A stretch of DNA of 64,000 nucleotides. Source: Phoronis australis (taxonomy: Eukaryota > Animalia > Phoronida). The notes beneath the pieces were generated by a model. The model saw nothing but the letters and a program-made list of their open reading frames with translations, was not told the origin of the DNA and did no database searches. The position numbers were made by a program, and so were the translations under genes. The stretch lies in NCBI GenBank assembly GCA_002633005.1, contig NMRA01000866.1:45388-109387 (forward strand), in the 5' to 3' direction. Positions 12,306 to 25,261 of this stretch are shown one piece after another; positions within the stretch are counted from its first letter, which is position 1; every line of letters starts with the position of its first letter.

Positions 12306-14842
12306 TATTATAGTCTTTTCGTGACTGGAGGTTTAGTTTCCATCTCAAGCTGGTTTATGTTCGTGCCAGTCCCGGCGGCTGCCGGGCCTGATTGGGTTCT
12401 GAGCCACTGGCCGGGATAACAAGCGTTTTGTGTGTTTAGAACTCAAAAAATCACAAGTCTAAACAACACAGATCTAGATTCTCTTATCTGTATTTCACGG
12501 AAGAATGCTTCGAATTTATCTCCGAACAGACCCCAAACTCCTGCTACGGACCTTGGTAAATTAGCCTGCCGAACTTTGTAGGCTACGGTGTGTCCAAACA
12601 CCAATAAATCCGTAACAGCGAAATAAAACAACACGTTTTTATAAGAACTCGGTGTATTTTTAAGGGTTTTACATCGAAGTTTGGTGATTTATTGGTGTTA
12701 AACGATAAATTCTACCGATAAGCTGACACCAGTAACCCGTGTTGTGAACTGCTGAACTGACTGCGTGTGAAACCAATGACGTCATTGGATGAGTTCAACA
12801 CTGACCTCCGTCTGCCGTTAGGTGTCAGGTAACGCAACCGTACGTGCCGTTATCGAGTAGAACTACTCGATCTAAATTGATACAAAATAGGTTGTTTTTT
12901 GAGTGGCATTCTCATTTAATACTATGTGATGTCTATGGGTCTGAGCCAATGAGATAAATATAACAATAGCTCATTGGTCTGAGCCTATCCTGTGACACAG
13001 CGCCACCTATACTGGTCCGACCTAATCCACCAGAGTTCACACAGGCTTGAAGTCAGCAGACGCTGGCGAATACCATTTTATCTAAAGTAAGTTCAGTAAC
13101 GACTCCAATTTTCTGCACATTGTTTATTTTAGATGTTGTCAACTTCTTTACGCATTTACTTCAAATTTCATTGACAACAGCATGTTCATCACAGTTTCCT
13201 TTGACTGAAGCCCGGAACGGTTGCAACTCGACCGTGTTGCACTGTAAACATGTCATGTNCCCCCCCCCCCCCCTCCCCAGAGCACACTGAAAGCTGTTTT
13301 TAAGTTCAAAGTGCGTGCATCCCTCCGGGCATATATAGAGGTAGACAGCCATTGACAAAATAAATTGGTTTGTGAGTTTTAAGGAATGATCGGTTTGTGT
13401 CGTTCCCTCAACGGGATTTTAACATTCGTTTCTGTAATAGTGTCTTGAGCAATAATCAAAAGATTAAACCTTTGAGGTTCTAAACAGTTGTATACATGAC
13501 GAATAAATATTTTAATAATTCGTTTCCAACAGATTTATTTTTCCTTGGCATTTTCAAAACAGACGTGGCGGGAATTTTCCGAACTTTAACGCTCTTTAAA
13601 CGATTACTCAAATAAAATGTAAGTGAAAAATCCTGGCACACACGATTGTTTTTCTTAGCCTTAATGACTGATTAACACAAACATTCGCTGAAATTGTTGC
13701 AAAAACTAATTCAAATCCTGCAATAAGCACTGAAAACCCGGCGAACGGAGATTAACACGACAGGAGTCGAATGATCAGGCGGCAGCGTTGTTCGGCTCAG
13801 TTACGCGACTTTTCCATTAAATCGACCTTTTTCTGCCGTAACTCGAATGAGGCCGTTGCTGAAGAAACCGTGTGTTTTGTGATAACATGTAGGTTACATG
13901 ATGGGCCTGTTATTTATAGCATTTTAGTTAAATACAACCATATATATATACATCACGGCTCCCGGTCACAGATTTTAAATTATAGGCTATAGGATCAAGA
14001 AGGAAAATATATTATAAGCTCTGGCTTGCGTGGCATCGAAGACAACACGGGGCATGTTGATTTAGAAATTTATCCGGGGAATTTGTAGCATAGTTTTGAA
14101 ACCCGGCAAGAACGTCAGGAATTGAAAAGTTGTTGCATGAAATGTCAGCGAATATTTGTCGAGTGACATACTAATTTGAAAGAATCCGGCACGTAGTTGT
14201 GATTTCGCGCCTTACATGCAGTCCTGCTACGAGTTAGACGTCATGGACACTTGCCCGTGAATCTCTTCCTTTTGCAGGTTCATAGACGCTATTTCTTGTT
14301 TTCATTTTTGTTGGAGTTTTTTTATTCAAGTGAACGACAACCCTATTCCAAATCAGAGTTTTTGCACACGTTACAAACTGGCAGACCGGGCACCAGCAGG
14401 ACATTGAAGGGGCTGCATAACTTTTTCATCTCTAAAAGTTAGCGAGGTTCGGGACTTCGTGCTTACCTGTTATGTGCAGACGAATAGAGTAACGACGATG
14501 CAGAATGTTTTGGGAAAACGCTTAAAAGAACATATAACACAACATAACATAATATTACAAATCACCATTTTAATCAAAACGAAAAACAAATACACTCACT
14601 GAAGAAAACTAAAAAAAAACGTCAAAGTTGTGAAAACTAAGCGAGAGAATACCAGAAAAATATGTTTTATGACTTCGCCAAACTTTTGAAAGTCTTAACT
14701 TCAGGAAACAAAGTGATGAGTAAGCGCTACTATCGGCTGCCGGTTTTGAAGGCGTGAACTGGAGGAAAACTCTGTTTAGCATCGAAGATGGGTGAAAGGT
14801 AATCGTGATTTGCTTAAACGTTATGTTTGACATGCTTTACAG

Positions 14843-15417
14843 TCATGTGCAGATCTGTGGCTGTGGCACGCACATGCGTTTTTCTGAACGTGCGCCTTCG
14901 CATCTTATTTTTGTAATAGTCATCACGTTATGCAAACACCTTCTTGTCCGAATCTGCACAGCTGAACATTGATTGATTGGACATATTGTCCACGGCGACC
15001 AGCTCGACCAACCGTATCTTTTGATAACCAGCCCTTCCACTATTTTCGTCTGCCCACCCCCGGAAAGACGGTTAACTTGCACTTTGACGGGCATGCCCGT
15101 TTTCAAGGCTTCATCCGGGACCTTGTCAGCTATCTCGATATCCAAGTTCTGTTTTCCGCCGCTGCTGTCGGAAACTCTGATTCGGGCTGTCACAGGTTCA
15201 GGCGGCGGCTTTGCCTGCACAAGTTCTTTTCTTTCCAACAAAACGGCCAAATTGTCCGCTCCGGCTATGACACAAACTTTGACAATGTTGTCACACGCCT
15301 GCAGCTCATACGTGTTCGCCCTCAAATTCAGTGGCGTGGTGTCGTCCCATACCAACGTTCTAACCCGAAGACCACGCCCACATGTCACGGAACACGTGGT
15401 CCACAATGACCACGTGC
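14843..15417 (-). CDS. Thrombospondin type-1 (TSP1) repeat protein, terminal exon with two TSP1 repeats
   Basis: TTTCAG acceptor at 15418. WSLWTTCSVTCGRGLRVRT...C and WSSWSPWTIC...C...QIRTRRC...CEG...E.R.C. TGA at 14843. Confidence 0.8.
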
Positions 15418-15624
15418 CTGAAACATGTCAAATTTCGCCCATTAGTATTTACTCTCGAGCTAAGGCCAAAAAAGCATACTTGGTACCACGTCACGGGAGA
15501 CCTGCGACCCAAAAAGATCAGAAACAATGGTCTGGCTAAAACTGGATCAGTAAGACAGAAAGTTCACCAATGAAAAAACTTGCAAAGAATCTGATCGATC
15601 GTCGATCAGAATTGGCAACAATTC

Positions 15625-15746
15625 CAATGGCGGATTTAGAGTGGGGTCAGATTACATTTAGCAGTTCGGGGTGCGAATGCCTGTTGGACAAAGCCTTGGC
15701 TAATACTCTGCCCTGGCCTTAACTCAAAATCCTGGACCGGCCCCTA
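15625..15746. mobile_element. Short MITE with 5-bp TSD (hAT5-like)
   Basis: CAATGGCGGATTTAG ... CTGGACCGGCCCCTA, flanked by AATTC/AATTC. Internal similarity to 40522-40677. Confidence 0.75.
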
Positions 15747-16147
15747 AATTCAGTTTCCGCTCCCGGTTCTTGACCTTACTCAGACATTTCACAGGGCCTT
15801 GTAGGCCTACCTCATCCATTCTGCATCCCGTACTCCAAGTGACAGTTGCTCAACTTGTGCGGCACGATCGCTCTAACTTCAGAGCAGACTTTGAGGTTAC
15901 GTGCACATTAGCTTGATGGAGAACATCACATACTGCATTTGTTTTGTACAACACATTCTGGGAAATAAAGGTCAAGTGGCATTCTTCATAATGATTTTTT
16001 ATTAACCGTGTTCGTAAGACCGCCTACTTTTGTCACAGTTATTTATCTATTATAAAAGGGTGTGTTTTCGGAAACTACTCAATCTAAACGGTCAAAACAA
16101 CTTAAAGCTAATTTATAGCCAATGCAGTTAAAAGCGTAAGTACGTAC

Positions 16148-16217
16148 CAGAAGCATCCCTTTCTACAATAAGATCAATGAAAACGAAAATTTCGATAATC
16201 CAACTTATTCTTCTCAT
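16148..16217 (-). CDS. Putative signal-peptide exon of the TSP1 protein
   Basis: ATG at 16217 gives MRRISWIIEIFVFIDLIVERDAS. GTACGT donor in phase 1 matches the phase-1 acceptor at 15417, giving a 214-aa product. Confidence 0.45.
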
Positions 16218-17973
16218 GCTTCATGGTGATTTCAAAACGTGTGCAACACTGAAACACGTGTCTTCTGAGCACGTGACAAGGCAGATATTGAGTGAAGTGA
16301 AACTGTTCATTATTTTTCACTAGTTACTTTCGTGAAAACCATGAACACAGTTAGCCTGTGACTGTTCAGGATAGGTAGGTCCTTATAGACAAGACTGTGA
16401 ATTTAGTCAGATATTTACAAAACTCCTAAATATATCTCAGAAAAAGTGTATTTACATGATTTTCTGAATGTGGAAATTCCGTAGAATTTTATTTTTGACT
16501 TTATCTCATCTGCCATTAATTAGGCCATGTGACCATGTTTTTAGAAAAATTTTGCAAAATTTGTAAAACAACAGACTCGAATGTTCGAGATGAAACCTAA
16601 AAATCTCTGGTACTGTCTCCTAAACTATCGTTTCGGAGTTTTCATTTCTATGCAACTGTAACGTTTTTCACAAAAATCATATAACTCTTATTTTTGATAG
16701 CCCCTCATGCAAAAATGGAAAATATTGAAAACAATTCCTAGCAGCGTTGAATGCTTCATGTGAATCCGAACAACAATTTCTGAGATATGATGTTCCGAAG
16801 TTAGGCACTTGCTTAAGGCCAACATGTTCCTCGCTTTGACAAGTGACTTCATTGTCAGCATCATTAAACCTTCCTTTATAGCACTGCATATCACAACCGC
16901 AAATTCAATATCCCAAGAAACGAAAAAATAGAAGGAAATAAATCTAATTGAAAGTTTCATAGCTGACGGACATAAGTGTGACGTATGGACGTACCAAGCG
17001 CCAGTGAGTTTTGTCCACCTACAAGCGAGATTTTTACAAACTTGTGCCACATCGGCGCTTCTCTGATGACACGTGAAAAAGTGAAAAGAGACACAACGTG
17101 ATCAGAAACTAAGATGTCACAACCACCACAAACGCAACGCCTCGGTATTCTTCATCATTACACCATATACTACGAGAAACGAGTAGCAACATCTGACGAT
17201 ATAGCAGCCGGACAAGTCAAAACACAATGGAGTATGATTAACGCTGTCCCTGATTCTATTTACAGTAGTATGTATCGACCAATGAATGGTCGTAACTCGA
17301 AATCGGCTAAACTGTACATATCTTCAGCTAGTACTTCCGGGAGGGTGTTCCAATTTGACTGCTGATTGGCAGGTGGGTTTTTGTTTGATGACTTTGATAC
17401 ATCTATGTGATCCAAAGCACTTTTCTGCTGCTTACCTGTGTAAGTAGAGACTATAGAGGAGACGTGATGGAAGTGTCTGTTCTACCATGTCCCAAGATAG
17501 GTTTCAGTTTCCTACTTAGGAGATGGTATCTGTACATTATTCACAAAGCCTCAGGTAGGTCAGGCAAAAGCATTATATCGGTTTCAGTCCAACGCATTGT
17601 CTCATTTGTTCATTGCAAATATTATGAAATTACAGCATGCACATGTCGGGAATGCTCTTAGTCAAACGTCAATCTCAGCAAAGTAGTTTTTTCGTCTATC
17701 AACTGGGAACGTTCTAAAAGTAAACACCATCTCAGCAACGCGAAACTCATCGATCGTGATTTACCCGCCACAGGCGATAGGAAAACGTTGATGGCTCAAA
17801 TCAATGTTTGTGCGCTGCTGAAGTCCTGTTAGAACCCATGGTGTATAATTCATTCAAAGCTATTCTAGCGCAGCAGAAAGGGTGCCATTTTTTCGATATA
17901 AAGGTTCAAGACCAGATAATTCTCAGGAATGTGCAGTGGTATCCACACCAGGTGTCACGACGTTGAAATTTAA

Positions 17974-19302
17974 AGGCGAAGACAACCTATTTCATGTCAT
18001 TTTTAGCAAAAATAAGGTTCGTTGATTATCCCAGACATATTTTTCACTTATTTACTGATTTTCGTAATTTAATTAATTACTCGTCGTCTATTCCGGAAGT
18101 GACGTTTTGGGAGGCAAGAATTTCGCGCTAATTTCTTTTCATATAGTCTGACTGTGAGAGCAGTCGAGTCGGTCATTGTTCTACCTCGATTGTGATAAGT
18201 TCGGTCGTCGTTTGCTTTAATTGCTTACTAGTCAGTCAACATGCCACGCTGTTGCTGCGTACTGGGGTGTGCTCATTATCGTCTCACATACAGAGGAAGA
18301 ACTGTCCCACTTGCCCGAGTGTCCCGCGACACACTCCCACTGGAGGGTGATCTGAGCACCCAAACTGCTTACATCCCGCCGTGTGACTGCCTCGCCACAC
18401 ACCTGGCACCTTCCAAATAGTTCCAATACAAGTCCACAATAAACTTATCAAACTTAGGCTCACCGATCTGTTCATTGGATGACGAACTGTCCTCTTCACT
18501 GGGTGTCGAACTGGGCCTGTATTCAATCCCACTGCTTAACATCGCTGCAGGGCTGCTTACAGGCTCTGGGCTAGAGACAACAACACAGGGCGAATCACTG
18601 CTAGTTCCCGGAATTGCACGCAATGGGGTATGTTCGGAGGCACGAGTGACAGAAGATGAAGTGCCTCCAGTCGCTGTATATAGTGGCCACAGCTCGCGAC
18701 GCTTCTCGCTTCAAAAACGCCCTTCTCGGGGTTGGCGACGGGGCTCTGCCGGGAATCAACAGCGACGGTATGGTACCCTTCTTCAGGCGTTGTTTCGCAG
18801 GGACCTTCATCAATTCAGCGTACATATCTGTCATAATCTGACGGCAGATAATGCTTGCAACACACTCGGTAACCCTACATTGCTTTGTACGTTGCGTCGT
18901 TAGCGCTGCGTTCTTCACATGCACGAGCTAGCCTAGTACGGTGAAGTGTGTCATCCTTCGGAAAGCGACGCAAGGCACCCAAAGCGCGTGTGAGACGATA
19001 ATAAGTACATCCTGGCACGCAGCAACAGCGTGGCATGTTGACTGACCTGTAAACAAAAGCAAACTACGACCAAACGTATCACAAACGAGGTAGAACAATG
19101 ACTGACTCGACAGCTCTCACAGTCAGACTATAATGAAAAGAAATTGGCGCGAAACTCTTGCCTCCCAAAACGTCACTTCCGGAGTAGAGGACGAGAAATT
19201 AATCAAATTATGAAAAGCTGTAATTAAGTGAAAAATGTGTCTGGGATAATCAACGAACCTTATTTTTGCTAGAAGTGACATGAAAAAAGGTTGCCTTCGC
19301 CT
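17974..19302 (-). mobile_element. Kolobok-type element family C with about 315-bp inverted arms and a decayed THAP plus Zn-finger transposase 5' part
   Basis: TTAA|AGGCGAAG ... CTTCGCCT|TTAA. Arms 17974-18288 and about 18989-19302. Confidence 0.85.
18290..19036 (-). pseudogene. Frameshifted THAP-domain transposase fragment (Kolobok-like)
   Basis: Across frameshifts: MPRCCCVPGC...RFPKDD...VKN...YRVCCKHY...RLKKGTIPSL (THAP), then KFIV...ELFGRCQVCG...G..I.LQWECVAGHSGKWDSS (Zn-finger). Confidence 0.8.
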
Positions 19303-19409
19303 TTAATTCCAGGCACATCATGAGGCGCTGTGAAGGAATGTACTGTAAAACAACTGTCCCAGCGCTTCCTATACGAAAATGTGGCCCTCTGAATAGATCA
19401 TGAATAGAT

Positions 19410-21020
19410 TTGGACCACAGTTCGAGTGGCTAATTTTACGTTATCACTGGTATGGGTCAATGAAAGCCCTTCCAGTGTTTGTACAGTGTCTCAATGCACC
19501 TGAAAAAGGCATAACTGTCGGAAAGTACTGTCTATGGGTTTTCTCAAAGATGAAAAAATCAACAAAGTCATGTCCTTAACTTGCTACGTCCATCAGGAAA
19601 AAAATGAGATGCCAAAAATTACCAAAAATGTGCGATTGTGGCCACTTTTTACCTAAAATTACAAATTCACGGAGCAAGAAAGGAAACCATAATCCGAACG
19701 CTCTTTTACTCTGTATTACAGAAGTTGAGGTTAAAATATGTCATTACCAAGCAGATTTTTGACAATTTCCACTTGCCTGAGGAATACCTGGATTCGCGAC
19801 AAAAATTGAGGACTCACTGCTCTGAAAATGGCGCCGGCACATCCGTATACGAGTAGACACAGAGCTGAGGCCAAATTTCTGGACTCAACATACTCAAACA
19901 ATTTCACGGAATACTGAATTACTATTCGTGGCAATCACTTCACATTTAGTTCACAAAACTGCCATCAAACCCGACCTACATTATTTTCTGTATCTTTAGG
20001 TGGAGCGACATGGACCTGAACCCGCCGTGGTCTTAGACCAATGAACACGGAAATCCATGTGAGACTCAGTGCGCATGCCTTGGTTCGGACGTTTTGTCGT
20101 ATACATATGGTACGGGAATGAGCCGGAAAGTATAGCTAATCGTTTTGTTGTTTTGTTTGACGCCTTGTAATCTTCCATGTGCCAAAAATACAAATTTGTG
20201 TGGAATGCATCGATTTTGTCTGATGGTGGTTGCAGCAACTGCAAGCCACAAAAGTATTTCTCAAAAGATGGAGTAGTATTGCCATGCATTTATCAACATC
20301 AAAACAATCGGAATGTCCGAATTAATGTTACTTGGTTGTGTTAACCAATGAGAATCCATATTACATGATCAATTCAGGTCTAAGGCCACAGTAGACGGGC
20401 ATACGTAGCTCCTCCTCAAAAATCAATAAAGTGAGGTGGGTCGGTTTTGACGGCAGTTTTGTGAACTAAGTGGGAAGTGATTGACATAAATAGTATTCAG
20501 GAGTGCCTGAAGCTGTTTTGAGTAAATTGCATCCAGAAATTTGGCCTGTGCTCTTGTCTACTAGGATACGGAAGTGCCGCCATCAGATTTTGAGAGCAGA
20601 TCCTTGTTGAGTCTTGAATTCTTGGCGCGACTCCATGTAGGGTCTACCCTTCAGTCAGGTGGAAATTGTCAAAAAAACTGGTTGATAATGACATATTTTT
20701 ACCTGAATTTTCGGGATTTAGAGTGAAATAGCAAAATCGGAAAACGATCACTTTTCTTGCACCGAGGCAGTCGTAAATTTGTGATTTTAGGTAAAATATG
20801 GCCAAAATCGCACGTTTTGGTCATTTTGGCATGTCGATTTTTTAACGTTTAATGTAGCAAGGTAAAAAGATATAGCTTTGTTGATTTTTTTCATTTTTGA
20901 GAAACCCCATAGAGTGTACCTTCTGTCATGCCTTTTCCAAGTGTCCGCAAACAAGGTCTTTGATTGACCCAGGCCAGTGATAAGGTCAAAGTCAGTCACT
21001 GGTACTGTTGACTTGGTCCT
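19410..21020. mobile_element. Old foldback element with about 550-bp imperfect inverted arms
   Basis: TCTATGGGTTTTCTCAAAGATGAAAAAATCAACAAAG (19531) mirrors 20876-20914. AGTTCACAAAACTGCCATCAAACCCGACC (19948) mirrors about 20439-20468. TTATCACTGG..TGGGTCAAT (19441) mirrors about 20962-20982. Termini uncertain. Confidence 0.7.
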
Positions 21021-22019
21021 AGTGCTAGCTCTCGTGGGACTGGGAAAGGGTGTACTTAGGGAAATGGCTCTCACTCTAGATAATTCTTTCGACAAAGTAC
21101 CATAATATGGGACTATGAAAGTTGCAACAAACTGCTGATGCCGTGCGCCAGTGACAGGAGACACTGGGTACGAGAATGCAGCCGTCGGTCACGTGAACGG
21201 TTGCCAACAGAAATGTAAATTGTGAGAAAAGGTATATTTTGTTACAGAATAGTTAACTGTCATTAAAATCATCGTTTTCGGAACAAATCAATTCTGTGGT
21301 CAATGTACTGTCGAAAATGTCAATGCCAAATTCTACAGCTATAAATCATGTCATTGTGTATCGCTATGCATATATTTTAAAAGGTTACATGGGCCAGAGG
21401 CCCACGTACAATGCCATCTGTTTACAAAAATATGTCACAAATTACACATGGAATACTATTTACAATACAACAAACCTAGTCACTAGCCACGGATAACACT
21501 GTAAATAGTTCCTGTATAGCAAATCAACTTCAAGCCAACAAGTATCGTACATCAAAACAAAAAAATCCGATAATCTTAATAATGAAACAACGAAGCCACG
21601 CAAGTATTTGCCAACTATTAGTTGCAATAAGTATTTCAATAAAGCAGCATGTACTATATTTTCCAATACAATGCTACACAGCTTCAGTCACTCCGTATCC
21701 TTTGATGTCCAAGCCATCACAAATCCCAACCGTAGTTTCAGTGAAACTCGAACTTGCAAAAAGATGTTGCATCCTGAAACCTCCCTTACACAAGTTTAAC
21801 AAAGAACGCAAAAGCTGCAAGTCCCTTGAAAGTTAGCCAACTTAAAAACAAACACTGATACCAGAAAACAGCAAAATTGGCTCTGGTCTGCGCTCGACTC
21901 ATTTTTCAAACGTGCCCTTCAAAGCGCTGGGTAAAAAGAAGGATTCTGACCCTTTTCAGGTGACAATAACCTTAAATACTACTGTGATTTTAAGACTCTG
22001 TACTGTTTTGAACCATATT

Positions 22020-22434
22020 TTAAGTTTCCGCTTCATAATAGTCTTATTCAAGCGTTTATTCGGTAATGTTGCGGCCATAGACTACAGGTGGAAGTGGGTA
22101 GGCACTTACGCTAGAATTATAAGTAGAGCATTATAATAGATTATGTTTGATTTGCAATGATGGTCTTGTAAAGGATGAATACCACTTCCTGTTGATTTGC
22201 AAGGGATATTATGAACTTAGGTCGCGCTTTGTGAAAGAAGTGCAATGGAAGCACCCAATTCAAGCATCCTGTGTACGCCTGCTAGCTAATCCAGAGGTAT
22301 CTGTTTTTAAATCTGTGTATTCTGCCCTTAAAAGAGGAGAATAAATTTTAAATGGGTTGACGCGTGTGCAAATGTGCCTGTGTAATTTTTATTTACTGTA
22401 CTTTGGGCCAGAGGCCTTTAATACAAATAAACGT

Positions 22435-22472
<38 letters not shown>
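22020..22472 (+). mobile_element. 3' end of a non-LTR retrotransposon (LINE) with a (GATT)n tail
   Basis: HRLQVEVGRH (22075-22104), then CLICNDGLVKDEYHFLLICKGYYELR (C-terminal Zn-knuckle of L2/Crack/RTE-X-like ORF2), AATAAA, and (GATT)9 at 22437-22472. Confidence 0.8.
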
Positions 22473-22475
<3 letters not shown>

Positions 22476-23607
22476 AACCTTTTTAAGAACATGAAAAACA
22501 AGAAATACCGCGATATCACCTCAGTTAAACAAACCACCAGCTCCAGTTATGTCATTTTTGTCTTTATAAAGAGCATGCGCGCACCCAGCCTTTAGTTTGG
22601 GGGGCTCGAATTTCTGACCAAGTGGAAAGCTGAATGACTAAAAAAAGAACGCGGTACCATCTTCAGTACTGTGAACTGTGCGTCTGCGCCTTTTTAGTGG
22701 ACTTTCGTCTCGTTTCCCTCGGACTTTTTGTTTCTCTGGGGCGTACCTTTTTTCCCATTTCGCCAAAATGGGGGCTCATTCGAGCTCCCTGAGCCCCCCC
22801 CCCGAGTCATTGTTTGAACATGATGATTAAAATGTTTTGTTCTTTTCGGTGAAAAGTATTAACTTGTTAGTTCGATTGAAAAAGTAAAATGGACTCGTCA
22901 CGTAATATTTTCACTGAAATGATAAATCAGAAAATGTGAAATGATGTGGCTTAACATTTGATTAATCCGTCTCTTGAGAGACCCCCACCAATCAAGTTAT
23001 TGTGAAGGCTGGACTTTTCCCCAGTCGCTGTGTCACTGTAGATGTCACGACGTGTAACGTTTAGCCAGTTGTAAGGACACGCTCTCCCCCTAGAGCCACT
23101 TCAGTTGAGGAACGCAAGAGCTATCAAGTGCTTCCATACTTATTTGCACATCTAGTCAAGTCCTGTCTGTGATTTTCACTAGTATAACACGCGATTACCA
23201 TTTCTCAATGTCTTTATAAAATCCTATTAATTTGAGATGCACAAAGTGCGTCCCCAAACGGACCCAACGGGTACACCCCGGCGAGGCGGATGTCAAATAT
23301 AAAACGATTAACATGTAAATTCGAGTAAAGGACTATTGTTTTATTCGGTCTGCCGATAGATCTGTTCACATTCGCGATAAAATCCATTTCTGATTTCTTT
23401 TTTACCATATTCGTACCCAAAAACATGGTAATACGCGATACCGTGCTCCGTTTCACGACTTCGACTGTAGTTGACTCAATTTGGAGGTGCCGAGTCAGCT
23501 TCTTTTTGTTTATTCGCAATCTAGTCTTGTCAAAGCAAGGCATGAATGCGACTAGGACATTCCTTTTATGTCGTCCGATAGTTCCTCATCTATCATTTCC
23601 GGCTTGC

Positions 23608-24323
23608 TTAACCGTAAATGAATAGCATTAAAGATATCACTGCAGTTAACTGCCTTGGAATGGTTGCTGCCGAGGATACCAAAATTGCACATTCGGCGTC
23701 CTCAGTTTTCTCTGCAGGCAAGTCATTTAGTTTTAAACCCCTGGTGAATGTTACATCGATGTCTTCCATAGGAATTACCAAGTGTTTGATGAATGAAGTG
23801 TCAGACGTTACAGCTTCAAATTTAATTGGTGGATACATGTCGAGACCATCTGCAAATGTCCAGAATGCAAGTAATCCACTGAGATGAATTTTAAATTCAT
23901 TTGCCCTAACTGGAATTAGCGTTCCTGTTAAGAATTCGCCCTGTGTAACGCCAAGTTCTTGTGACGTTTCATTCAGAGACACTGTAATATTCCCAAACGT
24001 CAAATGCCCATACGTTCCAACATATATTGAAAGAGGATGCGTTATATTTTCATAAGAATACGCGTAAGCAAAAGTTGGCGGAACTGGAGTGTTAGCAAAC
24101 CACGAGTCCAAAGAACAAGCGGACGATACGTTCAGCCAAGGTTCTTTCCCGATCAATAAGTCCGACGCGTAGTAATGAATAGCCAACTTTAGCAGTACGT
24201 CATCGCCCATAGCCGTTGGACCATTTGTTGCAGAGTAAATACCAGCATTTTGCTCTGGGTACAACCACAGTTGTGACGAATAAAGAGACAAAAGGTTTCC
24301 ACTGTGTGAGAGACGCCTAACGC
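23608..24323 (-). CDS. Beta-lactamase-like protein exon 5 (HSG motif, C-terminal domain, GPI-like tail)
   Basis: TTTGCAG acceptor. VRRLSHSGN...YSSQLWLYP...GIYSATNG...YVGTYGHLTFGNITV. Ends SSAATIPRQLTAVISLMLFIYG*. Total CDS 1752 nt. Confidence 0.9.
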
Positions 24324-24517
24324 CTGCAAATAAACAAGATACAGTGAGGTTCTAGCAACATTAAAGACCAGGTTTATGTTTGGAGTTTAATTTTACAGGA
24401 AAAGCAACCTGAAACACGACCAACGAAACAATATTCTGATTTCTTCTATAGACGTTCTTTCGAAAGTATTCAAAGAATTTCTTTAAAATTATCGTAAGCA
24501 GAGCAAAAAATAGAAAC

Positions 24518-24596
24518 NNNNNNNNNNNNNNNNNNNNNNNNNNNNNNNNNNNNNNNNNNNNNNNNNNNNNNNNNNNNNNNNNNNNNNNNNNNNNNN
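24518..24596. other. Assembly gap next to a (CT)n tract
   Basis: N run followed by CTCTCTCGCTCTCT. Confidence 1.
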
Positions 24597-24661
24597 CTCT
24601 CTCGCTCTCTCTCGCTCTTCCCCCTCTCAATAAATGCTCCATATGTTTAATTCAGTCTTAC

Positions 24662-24930
24662 CTCTGTATACATTCACAATCCATGCCAATCCGTACCCCT
24701 TCACCATGTCTTGAACAGGAAAATTATTGGGTAGACTTCCGGTCACAGATAATGGGTGCCTTGTGGGAATTAGAGTGCATGGTTCGTACGTCTCCATCAG
24801 CAACGAAACTGTCTTACTACTGACGCCTTTATTGAAGTGGGCATTGGTGTTGAGGTGATATTTTATCCACTCGGCGGCATCCGTGGCACTCAGTTTCACT
24901 GATCCGGCAGGGCCAAGGGGATCTACGCTG
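24662..24930 (-). CDS. Beta-lactamase-like protein exon 4
   Basis: CAG acceptor and GTAAGA donor. GPAGSVKLSATDAAEWIKYHL...GYGLAWIVNVYRG. Confidence 0.88.
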
Positions 24931-25261
24931 CTGTTGTGCGGACGAGGAAAGTAAAATATTATGTGATGCGGTTGACAATGAGAGACTAAAACCGAGTTTT
25001 GTTGTGTGCGCATTTGCAGTTCATGAAACCTTATCCGTTGTATTTTTGATGCAGTATTTAGTTCGTTCATGAGAATTTTCTTTTCGTATCTAATTTTTAG
25101 GGTTATTGTTAAGATTACTCGGTCATTGAAAAGTTACTACAAAGTCACTTAACGATTTCGTAACCATGCATATACATTTTGTATATTATCAAGCACTTTC
25201 GACTTGGGTTTAAAAAGCAATATTTCCAAAACACTCACAGAACACATTGACTTTGAATTAC

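Larger units (their letters stand above)
9195..12915 (+). mobile_element. Kolobok-type non-autonomous element, family A copy 1, with THAP remnant and nested insertions
   Basis: TTAA at 9191-9194 and 12916-12919. Termini AAGAGAACGCCACCC / GAGTGGCATTCTCAT. Homologous to 51465-53155 and 55866-57515. THAP remnant CIVPA.PN...GISFFRLP...KWL..VKN...LRVC..RHF is split by an insertion. Confidence 0.85.

Noticed and set aside
14969-15539. Plus-strand ORFs of 146 and 188 aa
   Set aside because: Antisense shadows of the TSP1 exon.
19526-20918. Tc1/mariner MITE bounded by TA at 19526 and 20917
   Set aside because: The inverted similarity continues about 100 bp beyond both TA sites, so these are not the termini.
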